A stretch of 64,000 nt of DNA from an uncultured Candidatus Saccharibacteria bacterium. GTDB lineage: Bacteria > Patescibacteriota > Minisyncoccia > Phycocordibacterales > JAKAEA01. The translations under genes were made by a program, and so were the position numbers. The stretch spans positions 1,434 through 65,433 of the forward strand of contig CAZNZK010000001.1 in NCBI GenBank assembly GCA_964577595.1, given 5' to 3'. This document shows, piece by piece, positions 46,641 to 55,675 of the stretch. Every line of letters begins with the position of its first letter. The first letter of the stretch is position 1. The notes below the pieces were generated by a model. It was given only the letters and a program-made list of their open reading frames with translations. It was not told the origin of the DNA and made no database searches.

Positions 46641-47701
46641 TGTTAAAAACACCCACAATAAAAAAAATAAACCGGTGCCTGACCCCCATTCTTATTTTCG
46701 TTATACTTTTTTCGTTTCCAGGCGTGCTTGAAGCGGCGGCTATCAACGGCTACACGGTTGTATTTATAACCAACGGCACCACGAGTTGGGTGCCCCGTAG
46801 TGATTGGAACCCGGCTTCAAATACGGTGGAGCTTATTGCCGGCGGCGGCGCGGGGGCGAGTGGGTTAAACGCCACAAGCTCCACTGCGTCCCCGGGTGGC
46901 GGTGGTGGTGCGGGAGGCGCGTACGTTAAACTTTCCAACGTTAGTTTGGTTGTTGGCGACGTGGTGCAAATGTCCGTGGGCGCGGGCGGAGCCACGAGCA
47001 CGCTTACCTCAACGGCCGGCGGCGACACGTGGTTTTGGTCAAACACTTTTGCGCTCGCCAAAGGTGGCGGTGGAGCCTCAACGACCAGTAACTATGATGG
47101 CGGTGCCACCACGACTGGTTCGCTTGGTCCAATAATAAAAAACGGAGGCTATGGTGGCGGTAGTGGCGGTGTTGGTGGCTCTACGTGTACGGCAAGTGGC
47201 GGTGGCGGTGGCGGCGGCGGCGCGGCGGGGCCGGACAAGTCGGGTGTGGCTGCGGCCACGAGCACAGCCAGCACGTGTACCACAACAAACACTGCCGGCA
47301 CTGTCGGCGGCACTGCTGATGGTGCAATAGTTGCCGGCGGCACAGCTGGCGCGGCGGGAGGTGCTGGTGCAATTGGTGGTAAAGGCGGTGCTGGTACTGC
47401 TGGAAGTATGTACACAGCCAACCCTGTTGGCACAACGGGCGGCTCAGGAAGCGGCGGCGGCGGGGGAGGCGGTGCTAAAAGTACATTTGCCGGCGGTGGC
47501 GGAGGCTTGGCCGGTAACTATGGTGGCGGTGGCGGTGGAGGTGGGGGTGCAGGAGGCACTGCCGCAACTAAAGGCGGCCCTGGCGCCAACGGCGCTCCTG
47601 GCCTTATTGTTATCAGTTTTACTGAATTAGCTAGCACTACTGCGCGGCGAATCCGCTTGCTCGGCGGTGTTACATTTTTAGGTGGCGTCCGGCTTTACTA
47701 A
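46640..47701 (+). CDS. Secreted Gly-rich protein (GGxGG-type low-complexity repeats), translationally coupled to the giant gene (TAATG)
   Basis: The signal peptide is MLKTPTIKKINRCLTPILIFVILFSFPGVLEA. The body is G-rich and the C-terminus reads GGPGANGAPGLIVISF. Confidence 0.7.
   Translation: MLKTPTIKKINRCLTPILIFVILFSFPGVLEAAAINGYTVVFITNGTTSWVPRSDWNPASNTVELIAGGGAGASGLNATSSTASPGGGGGAGGAYVKLSNVSLVVGDVVQMSVGAGGATSTLTSTAGGDTWFWSNTFALAKGGGGASTTSNYDGGATTTGSLGPIIKNGGYGGGSGGVGGSTCTASGGGGGGGGAAGPDKSGVAAATSTASTCTTTNTAGTVGGTADGAIVAGGTAGAAGGAGAIGGKGGAGTAGSMYTANPVGTTGGSGSGGGGGGGAKSTFAGGGGGLAGNYGGGGGGGGGAGGTAATKGGPGANGAPGLIVISFTELASTTARRIRLLGGVTFLGGVRLY
46670..46685. repeat. Half-copy, in reverse orientation, of the GGGTCAGGCACCGGTT repeat family, embedded in the signal-peptide codons of the 46640 gene
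   Basis: It reads AACCGGTGCCTGACCC and matches 16 of 16 positions. With flanks, 21 of 22 positions match copy A. Confidence 0.7.
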
Positions 47702-47718
47702 AAACACTTTATATATAC

Positions 47719-48321
47719 ATGCAACGCCGAACTCTCTTTCTTTCCATAATAGCCATCTGCTTGGTTGCGTTGGCACTTGTCGCGATATTCTTTATATATG
47801 TATATCATCACGCCGATCCAGAATCTCTTGCACGTGTTGACGTGCCTGGCCCTGCCGTTCCCACTAGCCCCATGATTGCTGAAACTCTGCCTGATGGCCA
47901 GAAATCCTATGTCAATAAGTACTATCATTTCTCGCTAGTATATCCACCCGATCTTGCTCTTACGGAATATGCTGAAGCCGGCGGCGGTCGCACTATCGTT
48001 TTTCAGGAAAACCCGGCCACTAATACGCCTATTTCAGCCCAGAAAAATCTCAACGGTTTCCAAATTTTCATCATTCCCTATGCCGACTCGGAGCTTTCCG
48101 ATGCCCGTTTCAAGATGGATGAACCCTCCGGCATTCATGATGACCCGCAGAATGTCGTCATTGGCGGTGTCACCGGCACTATTTTTTACGGCCGCAACTC
48201 CATCATGGGGGACACGCGCGAGCTCTGGATAATCCACGGTGGTTTTCTCTATGAAATCACCACATATAAGCCCCTGGATTCTTGGCTCGCTGGTATAATG
48301 AGCACCTGGAAATTCCTATAA
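47719..48321 (+). CDS. Hypothetical protein with an N-terminal TM helix
   Basis: The TM helix is LFLSIIAICLVALALVAIFFIYVY. A TATA-rich box lies immediately upstream of the ATG. Confidence 0.55.
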   Translation: MQRRTLFLSIIAICLVALALVAIFFIYVYHHADPESLARVDVPGPAVPTSPMIAETLPDGQKSYVNKYYHFSLVYPPDLALTEYAEAGGGRTIVFQENPATNTPISAQKNLNGFQIFIIPYADSELSDARFKMDEPSGIHDDPQNVVIGGVTGTIFYGRNSIMGDTRELWIIHGGFLYEITTYKPLDSWLAGIMSTWKFL

Positions 48322-48322
48322 A

Positions 48323-50533
48323 ATGAAAAAATATTTCTCAAAAATTTCTATAGTGCCCGCCATCTTCATTGTTGTGGCTTGCGTCGCGCCGCAGGCCGCC
48401 AAGGCTGCGGTTATTCAGGCGCCAATTTCTCTCGGCACCCTCGGTAATGGTCTTGTTGACTACTACACTATGGATGGCGTGAATATCAACTGGGGTACTG
48501 GCGTGGTTGCTGATAATTCTAATCATGGTAACACTGGCATTGTGACTAATATGGGCACGACGACGTCGCCTGTGGCAGGGAAGGTTGGGCAAGCGCTTAC
48601 TTTTAATGGTACGAATCAATACGTGAATGCTTCGGGAATACCATCGGTCAGTAACCCGCTTACTGTTGCCGTTTGGATTAATCCATCAGCACTTTCCCAA
48701 TCAAGTTTTAGCGCTGGCTCCGGAGGCACTATTATTGATGAAAATGAAGGCGGCGGAACCAGTGGTTGGGTTCTTGGTGTAAAAAATAATAACACCGTCT
48801 GGTTCTGGCCTTCTTCTGGTAATGATAAATACAGCACGGCGACCATTCCACTTAATACTTGGACGCATGTGGTGATAACCTACGATGGCACCAATATCCG
48901 TTTTTATATTAACGGTGGGCTTGATAGCACTCAGGTCATGTCTGCTCCCCAGGGGTCGGCCACCTTTTTCCGGGTAGGCGGAAAATCGTGGATAACGGGC
49001 TATTGGAAGGGTGGTTTGGACGATGTGCGTATCTATAATCGGGCGCTTTCAACTGCCGAGGCAAAACAGCTCTATGGTCTTGGTACCAGTAAAACTAACG
49101 CCGTCTCTTCGGCGAGTCCTTTGGCTAGCGGCTTGATTGGTTACTACACCCTAGACACCGCGAATATTAATTGGGGTACCGGCGCTGTCGCCGATAGTTC
49201 TGGTAATGGTCACACGGGCACAGTGACCAACTTAAGCACGCCAGCTTCAGTCGTGACGGGGCAGATCGGGCAGGGAATCTCATTTACCGGTAGTAATCAA
49301 TATATTGACACTACCAACTATGCCGACAATCCCAGCAATCTTTCTGTTGCTGGGTGGTTTAAATCCGGTGGAGATCAGACTCATAGTTTCTTGGTTGACA
49401 AAATGAGTAATTTTGGCAACGGGGCGGGTTGGACAGTGTATTTCAACCAAATATCCGGCGGAATGGAAATAGGTTTTGTAACTCAGGAAGCCGGCGGGAG
49501 TAATTGGGAGCAATACCAAAATCATTCTGATATTCCCGCTGATGGGCTATGGCACCATTTTGTGGCAACTCTCAGCGGTGGTCCTGGTAATGGAGGTATC
49601 ATTCTCATTTATATCGATGGATCGAGTGTGTCGCTGGACAATCTCAGTCGTGGAACATTTACCACTATAACTACCGCTGTCAATGTTAGAATGGGTAATG
49701 ACAGTGATGTAGAAAAGCAATTTATTGGTTCTCTCGATGATGTCCGTGTGTATAATCGCACTCTTTCTGCCACTGAGGTGAGTCAGCTTTATGCGCTTAC
49801 AACCAATACTGCTATCACGAAAGCGGCACCGGTGTACCTCAACACGTCATTAACGGGCGTGGGTGGCACGTTGACCCGCGGCCTTGTTGGTTATTGGACA
49901 ATGGACGGCGCAAATATTAATTGGAAAACTGCTGCAGTCGCTGATAACTCTGGCTATAGCAATGTTGGTGCGATGGTTACTATGAGCACGAGCACATCGC
50001 CTGTGGCAGGGAAAATTGGCCAGGCACTTAATTTCGTAAAATCTTTTTCACAGTATGTGAGTGTTCCTAGTAGCGTGATTACTCCACTCGTGACCACTGG
50101 CCTGGCCTCGGTTGCTTTTTGGATGAAGCCGGCGACGCTCGCGAGCTATTCTGCGCCTTTTGATTGCGGTCAAAGCGGCACATCTCGTCAGCTCAGTATG
50201 CTTATTAATAGCGCCGGTGGCGGCACCGTGGCCGCCAAAGGTGTTGCTGGTGCCGCCGCCACCTATTCTCCCGCTTGGACAATCGGTCAATGGCAGTTTG
50301 TAGTCATGACTGTTGATGCGACGAATTTCAAAACATATAAAAACGGCGTGCTCAACAGCACTACGGCTGGTGCGATTGGTTCTGGTTTTACCGACACCAG
50401 CGCCATTTGCCAGGTAGGAGGTAATCCCAGTGGCGGGGGTTCTAGTTTTGACGGTTCCATTGACGACGTTCGCGTCTATAACCGCGTACTCACCGCAGGC
50501 GAAATCACCCAGCTCTACAATCTCAGCAAATAA
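48323..50533 (+). CDS. Secreted protein with three tandem concanavalin-A-like/LamG (Laminin_G_3-like) domains
   Basis: There is a signal peptide. The three repeats each start (L)VDYYTMDG/LIGYYTLD/LVGYWTMDG..NINW..AVAD.SG...G. Each ends (L/I)DDVRVYNR.L...E..QLY. The ATG is 1 nt after the upstream stop. Confidence 0.85.
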   Translation: MKKYFSKISIVPAIFIVVACVAPQAAKAAVIQAPISLGTLGNGLVDYYTMDGVNINWGTGVVADNSNHGNTGIVTNMGTTTSPVAGKVGQALTFNGTNQYVNASGIPSVSNPLTVAVWINPSALSQSSFSAGSGGTIIDENEGGGTSGWVLGVKNNNTVWFWPSSGNDKYSTATIPLNTWTHVVITYDGTNIRFYINGGLDSTQVMSAPQGSATFFRVGGKSWITGYWKGGLDDVRIYNRALSTAEAKQLYGLGTSKTNAVSSASPLASGLIGYYTLDTANINWGTGAVADSSGNGHTGTVTNLSTPASVVTGQIGQGISFTGSNQYIDTTNYADNPSNLSVAGWFKSGGDQTHSFLVDKMSNFGNGAGWTVYFNQISGGMEIGFVTQEAGGSNWEQYQNHSDIPADGLWHHFVATLSGGPGNGGIILIYIDGSSVSLDNLSRGTFTTITTAVNVRMGNDSDVEKQFIGSLDDVRVYNRTLSATEVSQLYALTTNTAITKAAPVYLNTSLTGVGGTLTRGLVGYWTMDGANINWKTAAVADNSGYSNVGAMVTMSTSTSPVAGKIGQALNFVKSFSQYVSVPSSVITPLVTTGLASVAFWMKPATLASYSAPFDCGQSGTSRQLSMLINSAGGGTVAAKGVAGAAATYSPAWTIGQWQFVVMTVDATNFKTYKNGVLNSTTAGAIGSGFTDTSAICQVGGNPSGGGSSFDGSIDDVRVYNRVLTAGEITQLYNLSK

Positions 50534-50685
50534 GAACAGGACATTTTTTGCTTTTACTTTTCCGCGCCGCTATGCTAGTATCCTAGTAATCGTACGTTCT
50601 CGTTTCAAGCCGCGTCACTAGTTGAGTTGTTGGCCAAGAGGGGTCGGATACGATTGATTACTGTAAACAAATTTTCTGAAGTTAT

Positions 50686-50982
50686 ATGGCTAAAAAGTTA
50701 TACGTTGGTGGCTTGCCTTACAGCACTACGGAACAAGGTCTTCGCGATGTCTTCGCTAAGTATGGCGAAGTAACCGCATCCTCCATTATTATGGACAAGA
50801 TGACGGGCCGCTCGCGCGGTTTTGGTTTCGTTGAGCTTGAAGACGCCGGTGCCGACAAGGCCGTTGCCGAAATGAACGGTGCCCAATTTGAGGGCCGCCG
50901 CCTTACGGTCAACGAAGCTCGCCCCATGGTGCCTCGCGATGAATTTCGCCCGCGCTCTCCTCGTGGTGCTCAGCAGTTCTAG
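50686..50982 (+). CDS. RNA-binding protein with an RRM domain
   Basis: RNP-2 is KLYVGGL and RNP-1 is RGFGFVEL. Confidence 0.85.
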   Translation: MAKKLYVGGLPYSTTEQGLRDVFAKYGEVTASSIIMDKMTGRSRGFGFVELEDAGADKAVAEMNGAQFEGRRLTVNEARPMVPRDEFRPRSPRGAQQF

Positions 50983-51028
50983 GTTGATAGGCAGTTTTAG
51001 TCCGACCTCACTACTACGGTAGTGCGAA

Positions 51029-51056
51029 AAATCCCCGAGCAATTGGGGATTTTTTG
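51029..51056 (+). terminator. Rho-independent terminator after the RRM gene
   Basis: The stem AAATCCCC/GGGGATTT is followed by TTTTT. Confidence 0.7.
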
Positions 51057-51065
51057 TTGCGGGAA

Positions 51066-51269
51066 TTAAAAATTATTTCTTTTATCCAGAGTCCTTACCT
51101 GAGTGTCGTATTTAGTACCCGCAACTTTCCATTTTTCCTTAAGGTCTCTAAAATTTTTGGCAATCCTCTTTTTAAAGGTCACATCTCTATCTCCTTTAGT
51201 GTTATTAAATCGCTTGTCTGTCATTTTATAAAGCTCAAGTATTGTATATTCTTTTTTCTTCATGTCCAT
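51066..51269 (-). CDS. Small Lys-rich hypothetical ORF (67 aa) in an AT-rich islet
   Basis: Only the ORF itself supports this call. I recognise no motif. Confidence 0.3.
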   Translation of the reverse strand: MDMKKKEYTILELYKMTDKRFNNTKGDRDVTFKKRIAKNFRDLKEKWKVAGTKYDTQVRTLDKRNNF

Positions 51270-51640
51270 AGGGTTACAAATTAGTACTTAATAAGTAACT
51301 AGTATAAATGAGCGTTATGAATTTTGATAGTGCCTTTTCGGTACCTACAGAAAATTGTTTACAAAACGTGTATTTCCAGCATTTCTGCGTCGCTTTATTT
51401 TTAAAAATGGCCTACTGAAGGCGTGCTATACCACATTAGGTCACAAAAAAACATATGCGATTTAATGCATATGTTTCCTGCGGTAAAAAAGCCCTTTAGT
51501 TAGGGATCCTGCGTCGAAAAAATAATTTATTTGCAAAATTTGACAGGTTTTTAGAGCATTTTCTGTACCTTGCCTAAAGGCTTTTCTGACAGAACAGGAT
51601 TTTTTGGATTGCGCAAGGGTCTTCGGCGAAAATGTGGCTA

Positions 51641-53440
51641 TTATTTATTTTTGGTACCCCGTTCAGCGCGGTCTTTGTCTATTTTGGTGAGATATTTTTT
51701 GCGGAGACGGACGTTTTTAGGCGTAATTTCAATGTATTCATCCTCACTCATGATTTCCATGGCGCGCTCAATAGAGAGTTTCCAAGCGGGGGCAAGGTAA
51801 ATGCTGTCGTCACTGCCGGAGGCGCGCATGTTGGTGAGTTGTTTGCCTTTGGTGGGGTTGACGTAGAGATCTTCACCTTTGGTGGCAGTGCCAATAACTT
51901 GACCCTCGTATACTTCATCGGCAGGCTCAACATACAGGGTGCCGCGCTGTTGGAGGTTGTCCAACGAGAAGGCGAGGACTTTGCCTGGAGCCATGGAAAT
52001 CATGGCGGCGGCCTGGCGGTGGTCCATCTCGCCGGCATAAGGACGGAATTCCAGAAAACGCGAAGAAAGAATACCTTCGCCTTTTGTGTCTATGATGAAT
52101 TCGTTGCGATAGCCGAGAAGGCCGCGGGTGGGGATTTCAAAAGTGAGGCGAGTGATGCCGCGATCCTCAACCATGTTGTGGAGCTGGCCACGGCGGCGAT
52201 TGAGCTTTTCAATGATGGCACTGGCGTAGGTGCTTGGCACGTCGGCAATAGTTTCCTCAAACGGCTCAAGCTTAACGCCATTCTCCTCCTTTATGATGAC
52301 CTGTGGCTGAGAAACCTGGACCTCATAGCCTTCACGGCGCATGTTTTCCAGGAGAATTGAAATGTGGAGTTCTCCGCGGCCGTATACCTTGAATGCTTCG
52401 TTGGAAGAAAAGTCCACTTTGAGGCCGACGTTCACTTCAAGCTCGTGCTCCAGGCGTTCGCGGATTTGGCGGCCTGTGACGAGCGAGCCCTCGCGCCCGG
52501 CAAAGGGGGAGTTGTTAACCAGAAAGTTGAGGGCAATCGTCGGCTCGTCAATTTTAATGGCAGCCAGGGGAGTGGTGTCGGGGCTCGTGCTGACGGTTTC
52601 GCCGATGAAGATTTCCGGCAAGCCAGCAATCATGACGATGTCGCCCGGAGCAGTTTCGTTGATTTCCTTGCGCACCGTGCCTTCAAAAGTAAAAATTTTG
52701 GTGATTTTTCCGGAGTGTTTTTCGCCGGTAGGGGCATTGGCGTAGACCATTTCGCCCGTTTTTGCTTTGCCGGCATACACGCGGCCGATGGCCATGCGGC
52801 CGAGGAAGTTGTCGTAGGCAAGGTTGAATACTTGCATTAGAAATGGAGCGTCGGCCGAAGCGTCTTTATTTGCGGGGGCGACTTCACGTAAAATAGTTTC
52901 CAGAAGCGGCGTGAGGTCCTTGGATTCGTCCTCCAATTTCATTTTAGCTATTCCTTGGCGGCCGATGGCGAAAACGGTGGTGAATTCTAGTTGCTTGTCG
53001 TCGGCGCCGAGCTCAAAGAAAAGTTCCAACACTTCATCAATGACTTCTTTGGGGCGAGCGGCCGGTTTATCTATCTTATTAATAACCACAATTGGTTTAA
53101 GGCCGAGCTCAAGCGATTTTTTCAAAACGAAACGTGTTTGCGGCATTGGGCCTTCCTGAGCATCAACGACGAGTAAAACGGAATCAATGGCGCGAAGAAC
53201 ACGCTCTACTTCAGAGCCGAAGTCGGCATGGCCTGGGGTGTCTACGATGTTGATTTTTGTGTCTTTGTAATAGAGAGAAGTGTTTTTGGCGTAAATGGTA
53301 ATGCCGCGCTCCTGTTCAAGGGCGTTGGAGTCCATGGTGACGCCTTCGGCCACCATGCCCGTTTGGCGTAGCAGGGCATCCGTCAAGGTGGTCTTGCCGT
53401 GGTCAACGTGAGCGATAATGGCGATATTGCGAATTTCCAT
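51641..53440 (-). CDS. typA: Translational GTPase BipA/TypA
   Basis: The N-terminus reads [17 protein letters not shown]. The EF-G-like domain order is present. Confidence 0.9.
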   Translation of the reverse strand: MEIRNIAIIAHVDHGKTTLTDALLRQTGMVAEGVTMDSNALEQERGITIYAKNTSLYYKDTKINIVDTPGHADFGSEVERVLRAIDSVLLVVDAQEGPMPQTRFVLKKSLELGLKPIVVINKIDKPAARPKEVIDEVLELFFELGADDKQLEFTTVFAIGRQGIAKMKLEDESKDLTPLLETILREVAPANKDASADAPFLMQVFNLAYDNFLGRMAIGRVYAGKAKTGEMVYANAPTGEKHSGKITKIFTFEGTVRKEINETAPGDIVMIAGLPEIFIGETVSTSPDTTPLAAIKIDEPTIALNFLVNNSPFAGREGSLVTGRQIRERLEHELEVNVGLKVDFSSNEAFKVYGRGELHISILLENMRREGYEVQVSQPQVIIKEENGVKLEPFEETIADVPSTYASAIIEKLNRRRGQLHNMVEDRGITRLTFEIPTRGLLGYRNEFIIDTKGEGILSSRFLEFRPYAGEMDHRQAAAMISMAPGKVLAFSLDNLQQRGTLYVEPADEVYEGQVIGTATKGEDLYVNPTKGKQLTNMRASGSDDSIYLAPAWKLSIERAMEIMSEDEYIEITPKNVRLRKKYLTKIDKDRAERGTKNK

Positions 53441-53549
53441 ACAATTAAATTTACCGAGAAATAAAAAAGGTTCTCCTCAAGCCGGACGATAGGGAACAGC
53501 TTTCGGAAAACCCTTTTCGTTTCTCTGTGATATAATATTATTGTAACAT

Positions 53550-55544
53550 ATGAAAAAAATATGGGCAAGCGTGGCGGTGCTGGTGGCGGCTGTCGGCGTG
53601 GTATACGGTGATATTGGCACGTCGCCGCTCTACGCTATTAATCAAATGTTCTTGGGTGGCGCCCATGCGCTCGCGCCCACGGCGCCGGCTATTTTGGGTG
53701 CTATTAGTTTGATTTTTTGGGCGCTGACGCTCATTGTTACCTGTAAATATTTGATTTTTGTTCTGCTGGCCGACCATGAGGGCCAGGGTGGCGTGTTTGC
53801 CTTGCTGGGCCTCCTAGAGCGACATCGTCAGAAAATAGTTATCGGCCTTCTGCTCATCGTGCTCCTTGTTTCCGCCGGCCTTATTCTCGGCGAAGGCGTG
53901 ATGACGCCGGCCATTTCCGTGCTTTCGGCTGTTGAGGGCTTGGCTATTGCTAATCATGTTTTCGCGCCGTTTATCGTCATTATTACACTGGCGATTTTGT
54001 GCGTTTTGTTCGCGGTGCAATATAAAGGGACGCATCGCTTGGGCCGAATTTTTGGGCCGGTTATGCTTGTGTGGTTTTTGGTTATCGCCTTACTTGGCTT
54101 GCGCCAGATCATTGGCCAGCCGGGAATTTTGTGGGCGCTGAATCCTATTCTTGGCATTCAGCTTCTGGTGACACTCCACTGGCAGACGCTTTTCTTTGTA
54201 ATAAGCGGCATGGTGTTGGCCGTTTCCGGCGTTGAGGCTCTGTATGCTGATTTAGGGCACTTTAGTGCCGCGCCGCTGCGGCGCGGCTGGCTTTTCTTTG
54301 TGTACCCGGCTCTCATTTTAAGTTACTTTGGTCAGGGGGCATTTCTGCTCGCTCACACCGCGCCGGGGGCACTCGCTGGTGTCACTAGTATTTTTTATGC
54401 TTCGGTGCCGATAGCTTTTTTGTACCCGATGATTATTCTGGCTACTGTCGCCACGGTGGTAGCCAGCCAGGCTCTTATTTCCGGAGCCTATTCTTTAGTT
54501 GCTCAAGCTACGGCACTCAATTATTTGCCGCGTTTTCGCATTATTCACACTAACCGCACCCATGAGGGGCAAATTTATCTGCCGGCAGTGAATTGGTTTC
54601 TATTTCTCGGCTCGGCGCTTTTGGTGGTAGTTTTTGGTTCTAGCACCGCTTTGGCCAGCGCTTATGGTTTTGCTATTGCTTTGGTGATGGCAGCCACCAC
54701 TGTGGCGATGGCCGCGGTGGCAATTTTGTGGTGGCAGTGGCCGTGGTGGCGCAGTGTTTTAGTGTTCGGATGTTTTGGCGCGATTGATGTAGCTTTTGTT
54801 ATTTTTACCGGGGTGCGTTTTGGGGCGGGAGGCTGGGTGCCCGTGGCAGTTGGTGCCGCTATTTTTGCTCTCATGGGCAGTTGGAACTGGGCGCGAGGCA
54901 CTATTGCCAGTGCCCTCACTCGCTATGCGCGAGATAATAAAAATACTATGGCTGAGTTAGTGGCGCTTAAAAAACGCTTGGCCACCGGGCAGGGAGTAGT
55001 GGATGACGAGCGTGGCCGTTTTGTTGAGGCCGATAGGGCGGTGGTGTTTTTGGTGCCTGAGAGCGTTGACTCTTTGGCCGATCCCGTGCCGCTCATTGTG
55101 CGTGCGTATATGCGTCGCAACGGTGCCATCGCCAAGCATGTGATTTTGATGCACTTGGCGCGCAGTCGGCATGCCTTTGTACGCAAGGGCCGTTATGAAA
55201 TCATTCCCTTCGGAGCGAACATTTGGAGCGTCACTGGCCGTTTCGGTTTCATGGAAGAGATGTGTTTAGGTGACATCGTGGCAGAATTGGTTAATGATAT
55301 TCCCGTTCTTAAACATGACCGATTCCTAGTGGAGGCGGGGACTGAAGAGGTGCATACCGCTCGCGGGGTAGCGTGGTTTGATAATCTGCGACTGCGGCTG
55401 TTTCGTTTATTACAACGCATTTCAACGCCAACCTACCGCTATTTCGGTATAGAATCATCTACGTCGCTTTCAACCACTACTTTTCACATTTATATAGACG
55501 AACGGGGTGCCAGTATGCGTTTGCCCGACATAGATTTACCGTAA
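53550..55544 (+). CDS. kup: KUP/HAK/KT potassium uptake transporter
   Basis: The sequence is VGVVYGDIGTSPLYAI and the body is polytopic. Confidence 0.9.
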   Translation: MKKIWASVAVLVAAVGVVYGDIGTSPLYAINQMFLGGAHALAPTAPAILGAISLIFWALTLIVTCKYLIFVLLADHEGQGGVFALLGLLERHRQKIVIGLLLIVLLVSAGLILGEGVMTPAISVLSAVEGLAIANHVFAPFIVIITLAILCVLFAVQYKGTHRLGRIFGPVMLVWFLVIALLGLRQIIGQPGILWALNPILGIQLLVTLHWQTLFFVISGMVLAVSGVEALYADLGHFSAAPLRRGWLFFVYPALILSYFGQGAFLLAHTAPGALAGVTSIFYASVPIAFLYPMIILATVATVVASQALISGAYSLVAQATALNYLPRFRIIHTNRTHEGQIYLPAVNWFLFLGSALLVVVFGSSTALASAYGFAIALVMAATTVAMAAVAILWWQWPWWRSVLVFGCFGAIDVAFVIFTGVRFGAGGWVPVAVGAAIFALMGSWNWARGTIASALTRYARDNKNTMAELVALKKRLATGQGVVDDERGRFVEADRAVVFLVPESVDSLADPVPLIVRAYMRRNGAIAKHVILMHLARSRHAFVRKGRYEIIPFGANIWSVTGRFGFMEEMCLGDIVAELVNDIPVLKHDRFLVEAGTEEVHTARGVAWFDNLRLRLFRLLQRISTPTYRYFGIESSTSLSTTTFHIYIDERGASMRLPDIDLP

Positions 55545-55551
55545 ATTATGC

Positions 55552-55580
55552 TTGACAAGTTGTCAACACTTTGCTAGTAT
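55552..55580 (+). promoter_or_regulatory. Strong sigma70-type promoter TTGACA-17-TAGTAT. The -35 lies inside the near-palindrome TTGACAAGTTGTCAA. The SD AGGAGA lies at 55664-55669.
   Basis: Read directly from the sequence. Confidence 0.55.
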
Positions 55581-55675
55581 ATAGCCTGAACTACTCTAGG
55601 CAACTAGATAGCAAAACAGCGCTTTGTAGCGCCGTTTAATCGACCTTTCACAAACTTCTTTTTTAGGAGAAGCTT

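Noticed and set aside
47149-47433. Pro-rich minus-strand ORFs antisense to the Gly-rich protein gene
   Set aside because: GGN codons read on the opposite strand give NCC (Pro, Ala). These ORFs are shadows of the 46640 gene.
38680-47701. An intact prophage, suggested by the excisionase-type HTH and the tail-fibre-like protein
   Set aside because: The window has no integrase, terminase, capsid, portal or tail-tube genes. Only fibre-like and regulator-like components are present, so the region is at most a domesticated remnant.
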